A DNA stretch of 64,000 nt from Eledone cirrhosa (Eukaryota), in the NCBI GenBank assembly GCA_964016885.1, contig OZ024753.1, positions 37,386,001-37,450,000 of the forward strand. Reading direction: 5' to 3'. The position numbers were made by a program, and so were the translations under genes. The notes under the pieces were generated by a model, which was given only the letters and a program-made list of their open reading frames with translations, searched no databases and was not told where the DNA came from. This document shows, in pieces, positions 40,470 through 57,516 of the stretch (within the stretch, counting starts at the first letter, position 1; every line of letters starts with the position of its first letter).

Positions 40470-40690
40470 GACATTTTTTGCCTTTCCTGCTTCAGAGGTC
40501 AATAAAATAAAGTAGCAGCTAAGTCATGGAGCTGATAAATTGCTGGCATTGTGCATAAATTAAAAATCATTATTACTGTTCAAATCCCGCCGAGGTCAAC
40601 TTTGCCTTTCATCCTTACGGGGTCGATAAAATAAAGTACCAGTAATGTACTGGGTAATTGCTGACCTTGTGCCAAAAGTAGAAACATTTA
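40470..40690 (+). mobile_element. Two partial Meta-domain-like SINEs in tandem
   Basis: Same family as 14824-15020. Confidence 0.75.
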
Positions 40691-41244
40691 TTACTGTATT
40701 TATTATAGAAGACACATAAATGGATAGTCGATGGATCACAGGACTCAATTTCTTTGTGGTATTCAGTTTCCTACATATAATTTCTAATTTCAATTCCTAT
40801 CAGCTTTGGCTTTGCTTTTCATACTTCCGGCTCGGATATTTGGATGTTAGAAATATCAGTCAGGTGTTGAAATGAACAATACAATCGACTGTACTGTATC
40901 ATTTCCTCAAACGTTCTAGCTCTATCTCTAACTTTAAAAAATCAATATTATTTCCGTATTTTTCTGTTGTGACATTTCTCATAAAAACACGAAATTTCAA
41001 CATTTGTGGAGGAAAAATCAAGAAACATCTGTAGCCATCTCAATCAGCAATGGTGGAAAGTGTCAAACAAATAAATAAATAAAAATAATGACCAAGAAAA
41101 AAAAAAAGAAACGAAAAGAAAACCCACAAAAGTTGGAGCGGAAATATCTAAGTTTTCAGCCATGTTTTAATTACAAAACAAACAATTTTCAGCAAAGTGA
41201 ACATTTACTCTATTGAAATGGAATTTACTCTCTCTATCTCTCTC

Positions 41245-42150
<906 letters not shown>

Positions 42151-42559
42151 GTGAATACATAACTATTATATATATATGCTACCTCACCCTTTCTATCTCT
42201 CATTCTCACTTTCTTTTCTCTCTCTCCCTCTCGAAATGTCTTTTAAAAGGTCGTCCTTTGACCCTGTATATAATGTTCAGCTGACCGGGTTTTTTTCTTT
42301 TTTTTTCTTCTTTTTATTCGTCTTTATTTTTAATTTTCTGTGGATGGGTTAAAATGTTTTCTTCCTCTACTCGCCGATAGTTGACAGTTTCGAGGTAAAC
42401 GCCATCTGAGAGACGTATGTATTCATCATTTTCCCAAATCCAATAGAACGAATTACGTAGATAAAGAGCTACTAATAGACGGTTATTTGTAACATCGTGT
42501 CAATACACATACAGACGAACAAACCACCTGCACTCACATACATTTACACACTTATACAC

Positions 42560-42612
<53 letters not shown>

Positions 42613-42722
42613 ATAGCTATGCATGTACATATACATATACATAGATCCATATATTTGGAAATTCACATACATACACAACAATTATATACTAATGGTTATA
42701 TATACATACATATATATATATA

Positions 42723-42760
<38 letters not shown>

Positions 42761-42818
42761 AATATAAAGACCAAAATCCCCAAAGAATGTGTGTGAATGT
42801 ATGTATGCATATATATAC

Positions 42819-42919
<101 letters not shown>

Positions 42920-43224
42920 CATATACAAACGACGATGTTAATATATTATTGTTGATGTACAACACACTCTCGACGGAAACTATGCATTATCAGGAACAAT
43001 TGTTGCATACTACCGCCACACAGCATAAAGCAAAGAAAGATAGAAAAATATTGATAGACAATATATATATACTATAAAGATTTCCTCATAAAATAGAGGA
43101 TTACTGAAGGATTACATAAAATAGAAGCTTATAATACAGTGCTAAAATATACACAGACAACATACACTCATTTGTGGGCTATTTTTAACAGCTGGAGCAA
43201 CTATGTCATGGCGTCATCATTGGA

Positions 43225-43381
43225 TACAGCAATTATCTCAGTGTATTACTGGTACTTTATTTTATCGACCCCGTAAGGATGAAAGGCAAAGTTAACCTCG
43301 GCGGGATTTGAACTCAGACCATAAAGGGCCGTAACTCTGCTGCAAAGCATGGCGCCCGACCCTCTACCGATACTGCCAATC
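43225..43381 (-). mobile_element. Meta-domain-like SINE
   Basis: Reverse complement of the family consensus. Confidence 0.85.
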
Positions 43382-43620
43382 CTAAAGAGACACTCTGGAA
43401 TCCCGTTGTATTCTATAAGAAAATGAACCGATAAAAAGACACACCAAACATTTATTATTATAAACGGCCATGTAATGAGTGAGAAAATATTTTTATATAG
43501 AGGACGGGGAAGATGCTAGAAATATTATGGAATAAGACTGCTTTTGTGCCTATGTATAATATGTGTGTGTGTGTGCGTGCGTGCGTTCGTGTACAGATAA
43601 GAATGTATATATATAATATA

Positions 43621-43674
<54 letters not shown>

Positions 43675-43766
43675 TTATATGTATGTGACAGGTCTTGCAA
43701 ACGTGCGGAATGGAAACCCATCATTGTCCCAGTATTCTACCCAGTGGTGAAACAACAAAGTTTAAC

Positions 43767-43924
<158 letters not shown>

Positions 43925-44306
43925 TAGTAATAATAATAAATATATTTATTTTAATATACATATACATTCTCTCTAACAAGAAATGCTATTAATCAAAAAT
44001 AAAGACGTTTAACTCAACTCTTTACCTAAAAAAAAAAAAAGAATTAAAGAAATTGAAAGAAAAACTAGCAGAAAAAACCCCCAAAACACAAGTAACAAAT
44101 AAAAAAAGGTTATCATCTCCTAACTCCAACTGCACTCGTTCAGTTCAGTAGTAAAGTCTCTAGATAAAGTTGACAGCACTGATAAGACAATATAGAGCCC
44201 ACAGAGTCTTCAAACACTTCTGAGACTATCAAGTGGTACAACAGCTATGTAAAATGACATCTCATTTAGGGGTGAAAAATGCAATAAAGGCGTCGTTCAT
44301 ATTGGT

Positions 44307-44560
44307 TTGGATTATTCTCAAATTAACTTAGATTTACTAAACTTTACTTGTTGGCCCCCTTTTGCCAAGAGTACCTTTCCTCTATGTACAATTGTTTTTT
44401 ACTTTACTGGTTCGAAAGAAGGGCTAGTGTCTCGGGACTTCCTAGCCCCTCCGAGCCAGGAGAGATTGAACTGGATTATTCTCAAATTAAATTAGTTTTG
44501 CTAGACTTTACTTGTTGGTCCCCTTTTGCCAAGAGAACCATTCCTTTATGTGATATTTTA
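44307..44560. repeat. Diverged direct duplication with about 164-bp period
   Basis: tggattattctcaaattaa...ccttttgccaagag at 44308 and 44472. Confidence 0.8.
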
Positions 44561-45220
44561 TTTTTTGTTTACTTGTCAGGGCAAGTCTGGAGGGAGCGCT
44601 AGTATCACTGGAAGGTTCCAGACGTTCCAGACGTTCCAGACGTTCCAGACGTTCCGAGCCGATCAACTGAACGGACCAATGTTTTCGCTGGTATTTCTAG
44701 TTATAATCCTGTCTGTCGGTTGCAACTCCTGGCAGAATAAAAGAAAGGAGTCATTCGTCAGAACGGACCATGAAAACAATGTTTCCATTTAGGTATTTCC
44801 ATTGCTGATACCATCTGTTGTTGCAACTCCTGTCAGAAAGAGCAATTTTAAATAAAGTACAGTATTTTGTTCCAGAACACGACTCTCCACCCGGTTCAGA
44901 AATCGAACCCATGGCCTTATGATCATGAATCCAACAGTCTGACCACAAGGTCACGTGCCTTCACAAAGGTTAAACTAGCAGCTCATGAAAAGTATCAATC
45001 ATCGCCTTTAAATGATTAAACCCAAAATAAAAACATAAATCATTTTTTAAAACCTCATAAAAAAATCTCTTAAAAGACTTTTTTGAATTAGTCAGGATCG
45101 CATTCGTCAATAAGCTGAGTAAGTAAACACAATAAATAAAATTTGAAGACATATACAACCCCAATGAAACACAAACATAACAAATATAGTTGTTTGAAAT
45201 GTATTTTATATTTATTTATA

Positions 45221-45439
45221 TACGAGGGTCAGCTGAAACGTTCATAGGCTGACTATGAAAGAGTGATGCTAGGGCAGTGAAATCTTGCATGCATTAATTT
45301 CAACCCTTCTTACTAATAACTATATTGTTTCTTTTCCAGGGACTATGTTGAAAAATAAACCTCATTTGGTCATTCCATGAGTGTATCTTGGTCAGTCTAT
45401 GAATTTTATCAGCCTATGATTTTTAAGCCTACCCTGGTA
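45221..45439. mobile_element. Tc1/mariner-like MITE
   Basis: TA-cgagggtcagctgaaacgttcataggctga ... tcagcctatgatttttaagcctaccctgg-TA: imperfect TIRs with TA target site. Confidence 0.7.
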
Positions 45440-45466
45440 AGGTACATATTGAACTACCTTGGACTA

Positions 45467-45509
<43 letters not shown>

Positions 45510-45912
45510 ATAGATAAATAAATAAAAATAAAAAAATATTCGAGAAATGCTTAAATTATCTTTGTGAAACATCTCGTGAGAATTACAGTGTATGTATAAA
45601 TATGATAAGAATAACTTCTTTGATTAAATCCCATATAATTTATCATTTATTCTGGACAGGGTTTAACACCTCCTCACTCCTCACCCTAATCATCCACCTC
45701 CTTGCGAAAATGATGTATATCCGAAACTGTCTGTCAGTTATAAGTGCGATCACCCCCCCCCCCCCTTAATCAAAATAAAAACATGTCTTTTAAGATTCTG
45801 GTTTATATCATTCTCTACATTGGATTTCTTTAAGAGGCTGAATGATGATAGACTCTAACATTATTCTTGTTCAATATTTCAAAACTTCTTTTATATTTAT
45901 CTTGCAGTTAGT

Positions 45913-45968
<56 letters not shown>

Positions 45969-46058
45969 ATGTAGTATGTATGTATATATATATATATATA
46001 TACACATATATATACACATACATACTACATACACACATATATATATATATATATATAT

Positions 46059-46236
46059 GAAAAAGTATGACCCCGACGGCAGAGCTCAAGCCGTTTCGAC
46101 GGCTATTTCTGGACGTCGAAACGGCTTGAGCTCTGCCGTCGGGGTCATACTTTTTCCCATTTCCCACTCTACTACCCTAAGTATTGAGTACTCTGGTGCG
46201 TTATGGTCCATCTGGTTCCTTACCACAATTCCTTTG

Positions 46237-46239
<3 letters not shown>
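46059..46239 (+). mobile_element. Family B fold-back mini-element
   Basis: Perfect inverted arms aaaagtatgaccccgacggcagagctcaagccgtttcgacg / cgtcgaaacggcttgagctctgccgtcggggtcatactttt, within (TA)n. Confidence 0.88.
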
Positions 46240-46305
<66 letters not shown>

Positions 46306-46307
<2 letters not shown>

Positions 46308-46376
46308 TTATTAAAATAACAGATTAAAGTTTAAGCAAAGAATCGCTGCTTTCACCCCTAACGGGATCTTCTGAAA

Positions 46377-46378
<2 letters not shown>
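46306..46378 (-). mobile_element. Family C mini-element with CAGAAGA HHR (46328-46378)
   Basis: Reverse complement of 40272-40345. Confidence 0.75.
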
Positions 46379-46410
<32 letters not shown>

Positions 46411-46431
46411 GTATATATATATATATATGTA

Positions 46432-46532
<101 letters not shown>

Positions 46533-46614
46533 ATATATATGTATATATATATATATATATATACACATATATATATATACACACATATATATATATACAC
46601 ACACACATATATAT

Positions 46615-46696
<82 letters not shown>

Positions 46697-48598
46697 ATTC
46701 TTTCATAGATATTTTTTTCTTCTTTCCATTTATCAAAACCAGTTATTTTGCTTTAACACAGTGTGGTATAGTGTTTGACAATCTATTCCTGTTAATTTGA
46801 TATTTTCCTAATAACCAGATGTGTATTGGACCTCCGTCGCTTCCGACGACGACAAGTGTTCCAGTTGTTTGGACAACGTAAAGTCTTTTCGTGAAGTTAA
46901 CGTGCTTTCTTCAGAGAAAAACACCCCTTAAGCCAATGCATTCCACAGACCCATATACCATCAATGTAGTTCTCAGAAATATTCAGCGTGGTATGGTGTA
47001 TGACTAGGCTGGCCATTTGGAGTTAAAGGCCAAAACACTTCCTTGAGGCGTGTTATTTTTTTTTTCTTTCTAATAGGCTCACAGATAATTTGTTGAACAT
47101 CCGCTTCAAAATATACTGAGGAACGGGGTCAGAGGTCAGATTTTTGAAGACTTATTTTAGTTATATATTTTTAACTATTTTTGTTTAATGTATTTATAAT
47201 TTCGTACTGTATGACCAAAATTTTAGTAAATATTAAAAATATTAACATTTGAATATATATGTTGGACTGTCCGGTTACTTATGACTCAGCCTGTTTATTT
47301 GGTGATTGCATCTTTGTTCCTTTTTCACGTGATACAGAATCAAAGTTTATAAACTTTTTAAATCATAAATTATTAAAAAGTCAATTAAAAGCAAGTTTAA
47401 ATGTACAAAAGTAACTTTACTCGAGATTGAAAGAAAATGTTTCATCTTACATTTTAAGTTGGTGTTTAGCAAATCTTTCTTTTTCTTTCTCTCTTTTCGT
47501 ATACACATTCTGTGCAAGATACCGTTAAATTCAGATAAATAAAGAATTAGAGTAGAACAGAATGTAATCTACTGACTAATACTTCTAAACCGTTAGATAT
47601 CTTTGTTTACAGCTGAATAATTCAGAACAAACATAAACGTATCACCAATGTTTTATTTATCTCGAGTAATTAATTAGCAAAGTCGTTAGAACGTCGAATA
47701 GAATGCTTTGTGATATTCGTTCCGACTCTTTTCGTTCTCTCAGTTTAAATCCCGTCGAGGTCAACTTTGCCTTTCTTTCGAAGTCGATAAAAAATGTACC
47801 AGTCTAGTACTAAGGTTGATTCTCCCTCTGTGTCCTTTCTTACTTCCTCTCTATCATTCTCCCCCAATCTCTCTCTCTCCTTCTCACTCTCTCTCTCTAT
47901 CTATCTATTTATCTATCTCGTATTCTTTGGAAGAAATCGTCTGCGTTCAGACCTGGAATTAGAAGGTCAACGATATCGAACCCATTTCTCTCTGGGATTG
48001 AAAGCTGATTTATTTCAATAGAAAAAGAATGAGACTACTTCATATCCTCTATTTTGTTTTTATATAATTTGTTTCTAATTAATTTCACTCTAATTCTATC
48101 TATAATGTATTACTATAATGTTTCCTTTAATTTTTTTAACGTATTCAGATATAGCAAACTTTGCTTTTTCAATTAAAATCTTTATACAAAATACTGTAAT
48201 GTTTTTTTTTTACTTGACTGTCTTCGTATTATTTTGTTGTTTCATGCCTTAAACTGACTGTCTAATCTTTCAGCTCGACTTGCTGAAAATTTATTATTAT
48301 ATCTTGGCATTTCATTGAAAATGTACTAACATATCACAAATAAAATATAAAAGACGTTGATATAAATCTTTCAGTTCCATCTGGCGCATTAGACTAAATG
48401 AGTTTTATGGCTTGGAAAACGTGATGTTAAGCTGGGAAGTGAAATCTTCATACATCAATTATTACAATTTAGAAATAACTCGCTTTAATTTGTGAGTGGA
48501 TTTCTTGGTATAGCCTGGCTTAGATATAGTCGTTTCATCATGTTGAATCTAATTTAAAAAAAGAACAAATATATATATATAGTAAGCGTTAAAAATGA

Positions 48599-48644
<46 letters not shown>

Positions 48645-50389
48645 AGCGCGTTAATATCAAAATGTGTCTCTAGTAATTTATTTAATGATATATCTGTAGC
48701 ACAGTTTATATATGTGCCATGACCTATATTTTAAATTACTCCGAATGCAAAATGCAATTACCATCTTAACATGAAACTGAGACGTGATTTCATTCCGCGC
48801 TTCCATTAATTTTCAAGTATTTTAAACTGTTTTCCCTTTGTCTATTATCCACTTCACATTTGGTAATATAATAAATGTAATTAAAGATCTAGTACTAAAT
48901 TATGTTTGTCCCTCTTGACCTACATATATCAGATTTCGAAAAGCTAATTTAAATTTAATTGAAATAAATGCCTAAATTACCCTTTAGTTTTTATTCAAGA
49001 TAAATGTTATTTTAGTGATGTAAACATCAGCATACAAACCCATAGCCCTGTTTACAATGGCTTAATGAACTGAGGATGGACACTACCCTTTCATTCTACC
49101 CCAGATCCTATAATTAACCTAGAACTGTTTCTCCTTAATGTGTTCCTTCTATCAACTCAAATTAGGTTTTATTTTAAGGGACTTTTAGAACTGCACAAAT
49201 TTTTAAGTTAGGTGCCATAACCACTTGATTGATATTCTGAGATATTTTTAATGGTTATTATATACATTTTATGAATGTTTCAAGTCTTTTAACCATCATG
49301 TATCATGAAAACATATGCAGTATTTGACACAAAATATAAACTTACTGCATGAGATTAGATCTAGAACTGCACAAGCAAAGGTCGACTAAACGTTAAATTA
49401 ATCACTGACTCAACTATTACCATTCAAATGAAACATTAACTAAACTAACCTTATGAATTATTTGCACTAACCACACCTAGCAATTTAGATGTCCCTAAGG
49501 AAGTGACAAAGACAACTCTTTCTATGTTTTTTAAGACAAACTAATTAATCAAAACCTAACATATAGTACACACACAGCAGTATTAGTTAAACATACAGTA
49601 AATAAACGACAGTGATTGTTACCAGATTTTTAGTTCACTCCTCCCTTAACGATACTTAAGCACGCCTGCTCACAGATGTCTAATTACAAATTTAATACTA
49701 TTGAGCACTTTATAGAGCAACTTCTAATTATACAAATTGTACCCATAATAGTGATTTTAAACCTTTTTTTCTTCTACGGCTCGTTTAAGGTTACGTAAAC
49801 ATGACATCCCTTCACACCTCCAGTTCCAAATCTTATCTATCCACAAACAGTGACAAATATTGTATTGGTTTTAACTACAGGAAGGATATTTATGATCTAA
49901 TGTTCAATGTTTTAATATCCAGTTTCATGTTCTCTTATTTTATTATACAAACTTGTGCGTCATGATTTTTTTTTCCCCATTTCAAAATAAAATAACTAAA
50001 TTATAATTTCAGTGTTTGTTTTCCTTCACTTCCACCTCCAGTTGAGAAAAAAGTGTTTTATGACATCGTTACGTCGAAAATCAATTTTTATGGCGAGATT
50101 TCTTTTTCTTTCTTTTTTTAAAAGTTTTCTTTTTATTTGCGCTCCCCCCGAGGGTCTGAGGCCATGCTGGGGCACTACCACAAGTAATTGTCATTGATAA
50201 CATAAAATAGGTATGTAATACAGCGATAGGTTATATGAAACTACTGTGCAGCAATGAATGGACACTGAGTTTACATACACACAAAAACCAACTTCCTTTT
50301 CAATAATTCTTGAATATAATCACCGAATGATATCAGTTTTTAAATAGACGCATGACTTTCTAATTTGTATTTTACCAACCCGGGTTTCT

Positions 50390-50590
50390 GGACAACACTG
50401 ACTAAAAGACTTCTATTTGCTGAGGGTCAGGGACGTGTTTTCACTACTCAGTTAAGACGACACTGGTTAACACACTGTTGACTGCTGAGGGCCAGAAGTG
50501 CTTTCACTTCTTAGCTAAGGTGACACCGACTAACGCACTGTTGACTGCTGAGGACCAGTGGTGTGTTTTCACTGCTCAGCTAGGACACGT
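50390..50590 (+). repeat. Three about 63-bp tandem units
   Basis: tgctgagg..cag...ttttcact.ctcag.taag..gacac.gactaac recurs. Confidence 0.75.
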
Positions 50591-50735
50591 TTTATTTTTG
50601 CTTACATTTTTATGCAGCGGCTATGACATCAGTATTTCGTGACATTTATACAGTTTTTTTTATTACCCAACCCAGGGGCCCAGCAACTCGCCATTCATTA
50701 CCCAATACCCGTATAGTCTCTCCGCCTCTGATTAA

Positions 50736-50955
50736 CCCTTTAGCATTTAAACCGGCCGTATCTGGCCAAAATTCTCTCACTTTTTCTGTTCAAACCTGCC
50801 ATAGCCGGTCACTCGTATCGACGTTAAGGTATTGTCCTTAAAATAAATAATATCAAAATCTCATAGATTCGATATTATATGAGATGATTATGTGAAGTAA
50901 AGCCTTTACCATGAAAATACAATATTAAATATAGAGTAATGTAAATGCTAAAGGG
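50736..50955. mobile_element. piggyBac-like MITE
   Basis: TTAA-ccctttagcattta ... taaatgctaaaggg-TTAA: perfect 14-bp TIR and TTAA target-site duplication. Confidence 0.9.
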
Positions 50956-51535
50956 TTAAACAGAGCGTCATAGCCCGAATGTGAATGTCGTCTACAGATG
51001 TTCCATATAACTTGTGTCGTATCAAAGTCATCTTTGACGTCAATAAGGACAGATGTCATTTATTTCTTTTCAAAAAATATCTTCATATAAACTGTAAAAG
51101 TTTAACGATAAGAAAATACTTCAGTTTCGCTGAGGATACGAACCAGCTTTTTTTATATGATAAAATACGGCAACTTTTCGGGCAGGGAGGCAACTAAATC
51201 TAGTTCTTATTTCAACATGTGGTGGGAAGATATTTAATACTTAGTACTACAACTACAGATATGTTCTCACTAAAATATTGTATCGCTTTGTTTATTTGTT
51301 TTCCTATATTCTACTAACACTGACACTATGCACACGCACAAACTCACACTCATATATGCATATATACGAACATACACACGCACACATACACACATAATGG
51401 TGCATATATAGATGTTCATATATTCATATATAATATATATGTACACACTTATGTTATATATGCAGTCATTAGACATACACATATACACATGTATATGTGT
51501 ATATTATATATTACTATTTACAAGCACACACACAC

Positions 51536-51583
<48 letters not shown>

Positions 51584-51684
51584 ATCGTGTTGCTTCGCCT
51601 TTCCCCTTTATTTTATCAAGTATTCCTGGGTGTTCTCGGTCGGATATATAAATAAACAGAAAGAAAGGGCCAAACGCTACATTA

Positions 51685-51745
<61 letters not shown>

Positions 51746-52074
51746 AGAGGTGTATACATGTATAAGCATACATGTGTGTGTAGAATATATATATATACCT
51801 AGTAGAATTTCATTCGGCACTTTACGTATTGAGTTCAAATCCTGCAGAGGTCAACTTTGCCTTTCAATAAATTTGGGGTATGAGAAAAGTTGATTAGATC
51901 AACCCCAGTATTTGACTGGTACGTTATTGTATCGACCCCGAGCCTATGAAGTTTCAAGACGGCCGTCGTATGCTAAATTTGAGTAATTACACGTGAAATA
52001 AATTCAAACTCGAACCTAAATGAGAAACGATTGTCATTGGAAGAGAAAATATTTCTACTGAAACTTCCTTCAAA

Positions 52075-52254
52075 ATAATTGTTTCTACTTTTGGCACAAG
52101 GCCAGCAATTACCCAGTACATTACTGGTACTTTATTTTATCGACCCCGTAAGGATGAAAGGCAAAGTTAACCTCGGCGGGATTTGAACTCAGACCGTAAA
52201 GGGACGTAACTATGCTGGAAAGCATGGCGTCCGACTCTCTACTGATACTGCCAA
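52075..52254 (-). mobile_element. Meta-domain-like SINE
   Basis: Reverse complement of the family consensus. Confidence 0.88.
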
Positions 52255-53310
52255 TATGTCGCTTTAAGTTGACAGTCTCGTTATATTTTCTGTGGCAAAT
52301 ACAGAAAGAAACAAATATTTGTGCTATTTCAATTACGTTAACATTTATATGTCATATGTTTTATACAATATTATTTTTTTCTTTTTCAAAAATGTAATCC
52401 TAAGAGATTTTAATTATTTTTTCTCTGCTGAACGTCATTTACAAAGTCGAAAGTCATTTACAACAGAAAATAAAAATAAAACAAAATAAAATAAATGAAA
52501 GAAAGAAATTTAAATAAAATAAAATAAAAAATAAAAAAAAGTTTTAAAACCCAATAATTTCACTTTTAACTTAGTACAAAATTACTTCGGAGCAGAGAAA
52601 ACATTGTCGAGATGAAATTGAATATAGGAAAACTTTAATTATATTTATTTGCAAACTGAAACGTGTTCGTCATTTCCCAATATGTGCATTGGAAGTGATG
52701 ACAGATATTATTTGCATGTTACCATATGTTAAAGATTACATGGAAGTAGGATACTATATACTTTAAAAGAGATATGACCGAATAATTTCTGTCCAAATAT
52801 TTGTCGAACTATTGGAGGTTTTCTGACATTGCGTAATACTGTGGTATGTAATTATTTACTCAATATTTTGTACAGAATAAGAGCGAGTGCAGAATAAGAT
52901 TGACATACAGTAATACATATCAACATATCTCATTTGGTAACATACTTAATATCAGGAACTTTTTAAAAATATATATATAGATATTCAAAACAACGAACAG
53001 CGGAGGACACGTTTCGCACCTTTCCGACAGACCCCCCCCCCCCCCCCCCGAAAAACCAGTTGATGGATGTGAATCCGAAATATATAGGGACAATTAAATC
53101 TTTCCCAAGGTAACTCTATCTCGTGTTATTATTTTTAATTTTATCCTTTACGCTCTTTCCTACATTCTTCTACACGCCACGCATCTCAACATACACCCAC
53201 TTACATCTTGTTACGGATCTTGTTACCCGGAGATTTACCCATCTGCATTGTCGAGGCTAAAGAAATTTACCTTATTATTCCACAATGCTTCAAGCAAACT
53301 TCAATACTCT

Positions 53311-53374
<64 letters not shown>

Positions 53375-53671
53375 TTGTTATACTTGGGGAGGGTCATATT
53401 GTAATAATATTGCCAGAATTAATAACAGAACGCACTCACTATTTGGTTGGTTTTCGTTTCTGTATCTTTTATATCAGTTAATTCATTCGGTCCTCAATGT
53501 TTACCATTGAGTGACCAACAGTCAAAAATACAGATATAGATATAAACACATATATATATATATATAGTCTAACAAAGTTCTTTCGTTGCACATCTGCAAC
53601 ATCGTCAGTGGTGCTATTATGTTTCTCCTGCTGTATTGTATACCTACGCCATCTTTATTTATCTGTTTATT

Positions 53672-53764
<93 letters not shown>

Positions 53765-53998
53765 TAAAAATTAGCGAGAATCGAATTTCAGCCCATGAAA
53801 TAACGAGAAAACACTTTCGAGTTGTGAGGCAAGCGCTCAATAATTCAAATGAATTAGAGCTTACAACTTACGTTAAAGGCCAAACACACTGAGATGGTGG
53901 TTAAACTAATCATCCACACAGCGAAGATTCGATCTCCTATTTCGGGTCAAACAGATATACAGATATAAAAATATATGAAAATATAAATGTTTGATACT

Positions 53999-54062
<64 letters not shown>

Positions 54063-54354
54063 ACCTACCTCCCTCTGCCTCTATCTTTACTTCGGCCCTT
54101 GAAAAAATTGATTCCACTTCATTCACTCTCATCTCGGGAACAGTTTTGGATAGCGCTAGTTCGTAATTTAAATTCAAGAATTTTATATTCTTCGAATGAA
54201 AAGAACCTTCTGGCGAGAATCTTTCTTTGCAACGAAGGCCATATGGTCTCCGTTTATTTTTGGGATTCGAAACCGATCGGTAAAGGTAACTATAGTAGGT
54301 AAAGTCAATTTTTTAAAATTTATTTTGAAACTTTTTCATTATTTGCTAAACCTT

Positions 54355-54393
<39 letters not shown>

Positions 54394-54853
54394 TGTATGT
54401 ATAGTATATTTGGCAATATACTGTATATGTCTCTGCATATATTTTTTTTCCAGAAAAACAGAGAATAAATTAATATCTACAGGGTGTGGCAATAACTGTA
54501 TATTTATGAGATTGTATAACATCAAGTCCTTCCATGGGTCACAGGTTGCTAATTGTTAATTATTCCAGTACATAGATATATTTTTCAAATCACTACAGAG
54601 GAACGACGTTTCGTCAGTTGATACTACAAAGGGTTGCGATCTGTTTAACTCACACCAAGTTTCATTTTAACTTGGTCCTTTCTTAATCGATAAAGAAAGT
54701 ACGAGCCCAGTGCTGCAACCATCTCTCCTTCCTTCCAGCTGATCAAATAAGGGAAAAAGTCTTGTACTCTCAGTCCCTTCACGCCATGAAACCGGGATAA
54801 GCACCGGCCAAATGAGTCTTCTGGCTTAAGACAGACTTTAGACTTTTTTTTCT

Positions 54854-55013
<160 letters not shown>

Positions 55014-55107
55014 TTAATTATGAATGTTGACCCACAATATTTGCATATGTATCTGTATGTCTCTTGGGTGAAAATGAGGTCATATAAGTGTTCATTCATT
55101 AATAAAT

Positions 55108-55154
55108 TGCTCCGAAAAATCCAAACCTCGGTTTGGAGGAAACAGTTGTAAGCA
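55108..55154 (+). ncRNA. Degenerate hammerhead-like motif
   Basis: tgct-CCGAAAA-atccaaacc(tc)ggtttggag-GAAA-cagtt-GTA-agca. Stems are intact; the core has U4C and G8A. Confidence 0.5.
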
Positions 55155-55189
55155 CAAAAATGTTTTGAACAGTTCTTTGATTCTTATAC

Positions 55190-55267
<78 letters not shown>

Positions 55268-55271
<4 letters not shown>

Positions 55272-55441
55272 AAAGTTCTATTTAAAGTTGTTGGGATACA
55301 ACAAGTAAATATTTTTATAACTGATATAAAGCACTCGACAAGTTTTGGGAGTAGATATACCATTATTTAATGTGGTATCCCTGAAATATGTATAATGAAA
55401 GAAATATGGTTTTATAAATATAGTTTCCATTTATTAATATC

Positions 55442-55445
<4 letters not shown>
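55268..55445. mobile_element. Family F mini-element with internal inversion
   Basis: Minus-strand terminal segment joined to a plus-strand HHR 3' half (gtggtatccctGAAATATGTATAatgaaa), between (TA)n tracts. Confidence 0.75.
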
Positions 55446-55533
<88 letters not shown>

Positions 55534-56155
55534 GTGTATGTATATATATATATGTATATATATAGTCATAAGAACATTCTTCTCATTCTTCTCATTTTTC
55601 TTTTTTTTTCTTCTGGTGTTTCATCTTATTCTCCTAATTCTTTTGCTTCTTTTTTCTTATCCCATTCTCACCTCACCCTCTCTCTCACTCGCTCTAGCTC
55701 TCTTTCCTTTCTTTTCCATCCTCTATCTGACACCTCTCTCTATGTTTCCTCTAGATTCTCTCCTTAGATTTAGTCTCCCATGTGGCTCTGCATCACTGAA
55801 ATCCCGTAGAAAATATTAACTACACTTTCGGGTTAATGTGAGTTCAGAAAATACATTCTTTTATTCTTTATCTGGTTCCGGTCATTAAACTGCGACCATG
55901 CCGGGGCACCGCCTCATATTTAGTCGATTATATCGACTCCAGTGCTTATTTGTCAAGCCTGCTACTTATTTTATCGTGCGCCTTTTGTCGCACCGCTAGA
56001 TAACGGGCTATAAGCACAGATACACTTGTATATATATTCTATTCTGCTTCGAATAGATGACAGTGTCGGATATAAAAAGAAACTGTAGTCACAATTGACA
56101 GAAAAATATCAATGGAAAGACGTATCCACACATAAACACTCACATGTATGTATCT

Positions 56156-56240
<85 letters not shown>

Positions 56241-56381
56241 TATGTATATATATATATATGCATTTATATATACATATATATGTATATATATATATATATA
56301 TATAGATAGATATATAGATATATATACACTCTATATACATATATACTCTATATACATATTATATATATACATATATATATT

Positions 56382-56493
<112 letters not shown>

Positions 56494-57052
56494 TACATGT
56501 ATATATTCCAACTATATGGAAAACAATTCAGAGGTTTTGTGTTTATTTATATTTTAGTTACTAGCATCGGTAGCAATACAGAGGAGACAGATATATCCAA
56601 AGCAGCTGGTATCTTTATCAGTTACTTAGGTAAATATCAACATTCATGTGAGAGCAAACTAAATATTTTCTTTTCTTGACATATCAATTGATCCAATATC
56701 CTCTCTACCTATCTCTCACTTCCCCAGTCCCTCTCTCACTTCCCTCTTTCACTCTCTCTTCTAATATATATATATATATATATGGCCCTATCTTACTCCC
56801 TTCATCTGAGGTACGACTTATGATGATACTAACCACTTTCTACCATTCTCAGTATTTCGTCGTCGTCGTTAAATCCAGTAATGACCAAGCTATTAATGTA
56901 AAAAGCACACATTTCTCTGCAATAAATAGTTAAACGATTTCAGTCTTAAGCGAGATTGTAGTAGAAATTGGAATTGCTGGTTTTACTCCGCGGCAATACT
57001 TTCGCCGCCATGTCCACGTGTCTGCAACTGGTATGACCCGTCCAAACGTCTT

Positions 57053-57183
<131 letters not shown>

Positions 57184-57312
57184 GTGTGTGCGTGTGTGTA
57201 AGAATAGATGGATGGATGTATATATATTTATCTATTTACGTATGTGTGTTTGTGTATATATATATATATATATATATATCAATATATATATCGTTATATA
57301 TATATGTGTGTT

Positions 57313-57347
<35 letters not shown>

Positions 57348-57387
57348 ATATATATATATATATATCAATATATATATCAAAATATAT

Positions 57388-57443
<56 letters not shown>

Positions 57444-57516
57444 ATGTATATATAATGTATTTTGCAATATATATCAGAGCTCCAATTCTAATTTTTATAT
57501 ATATATATATATCAAT

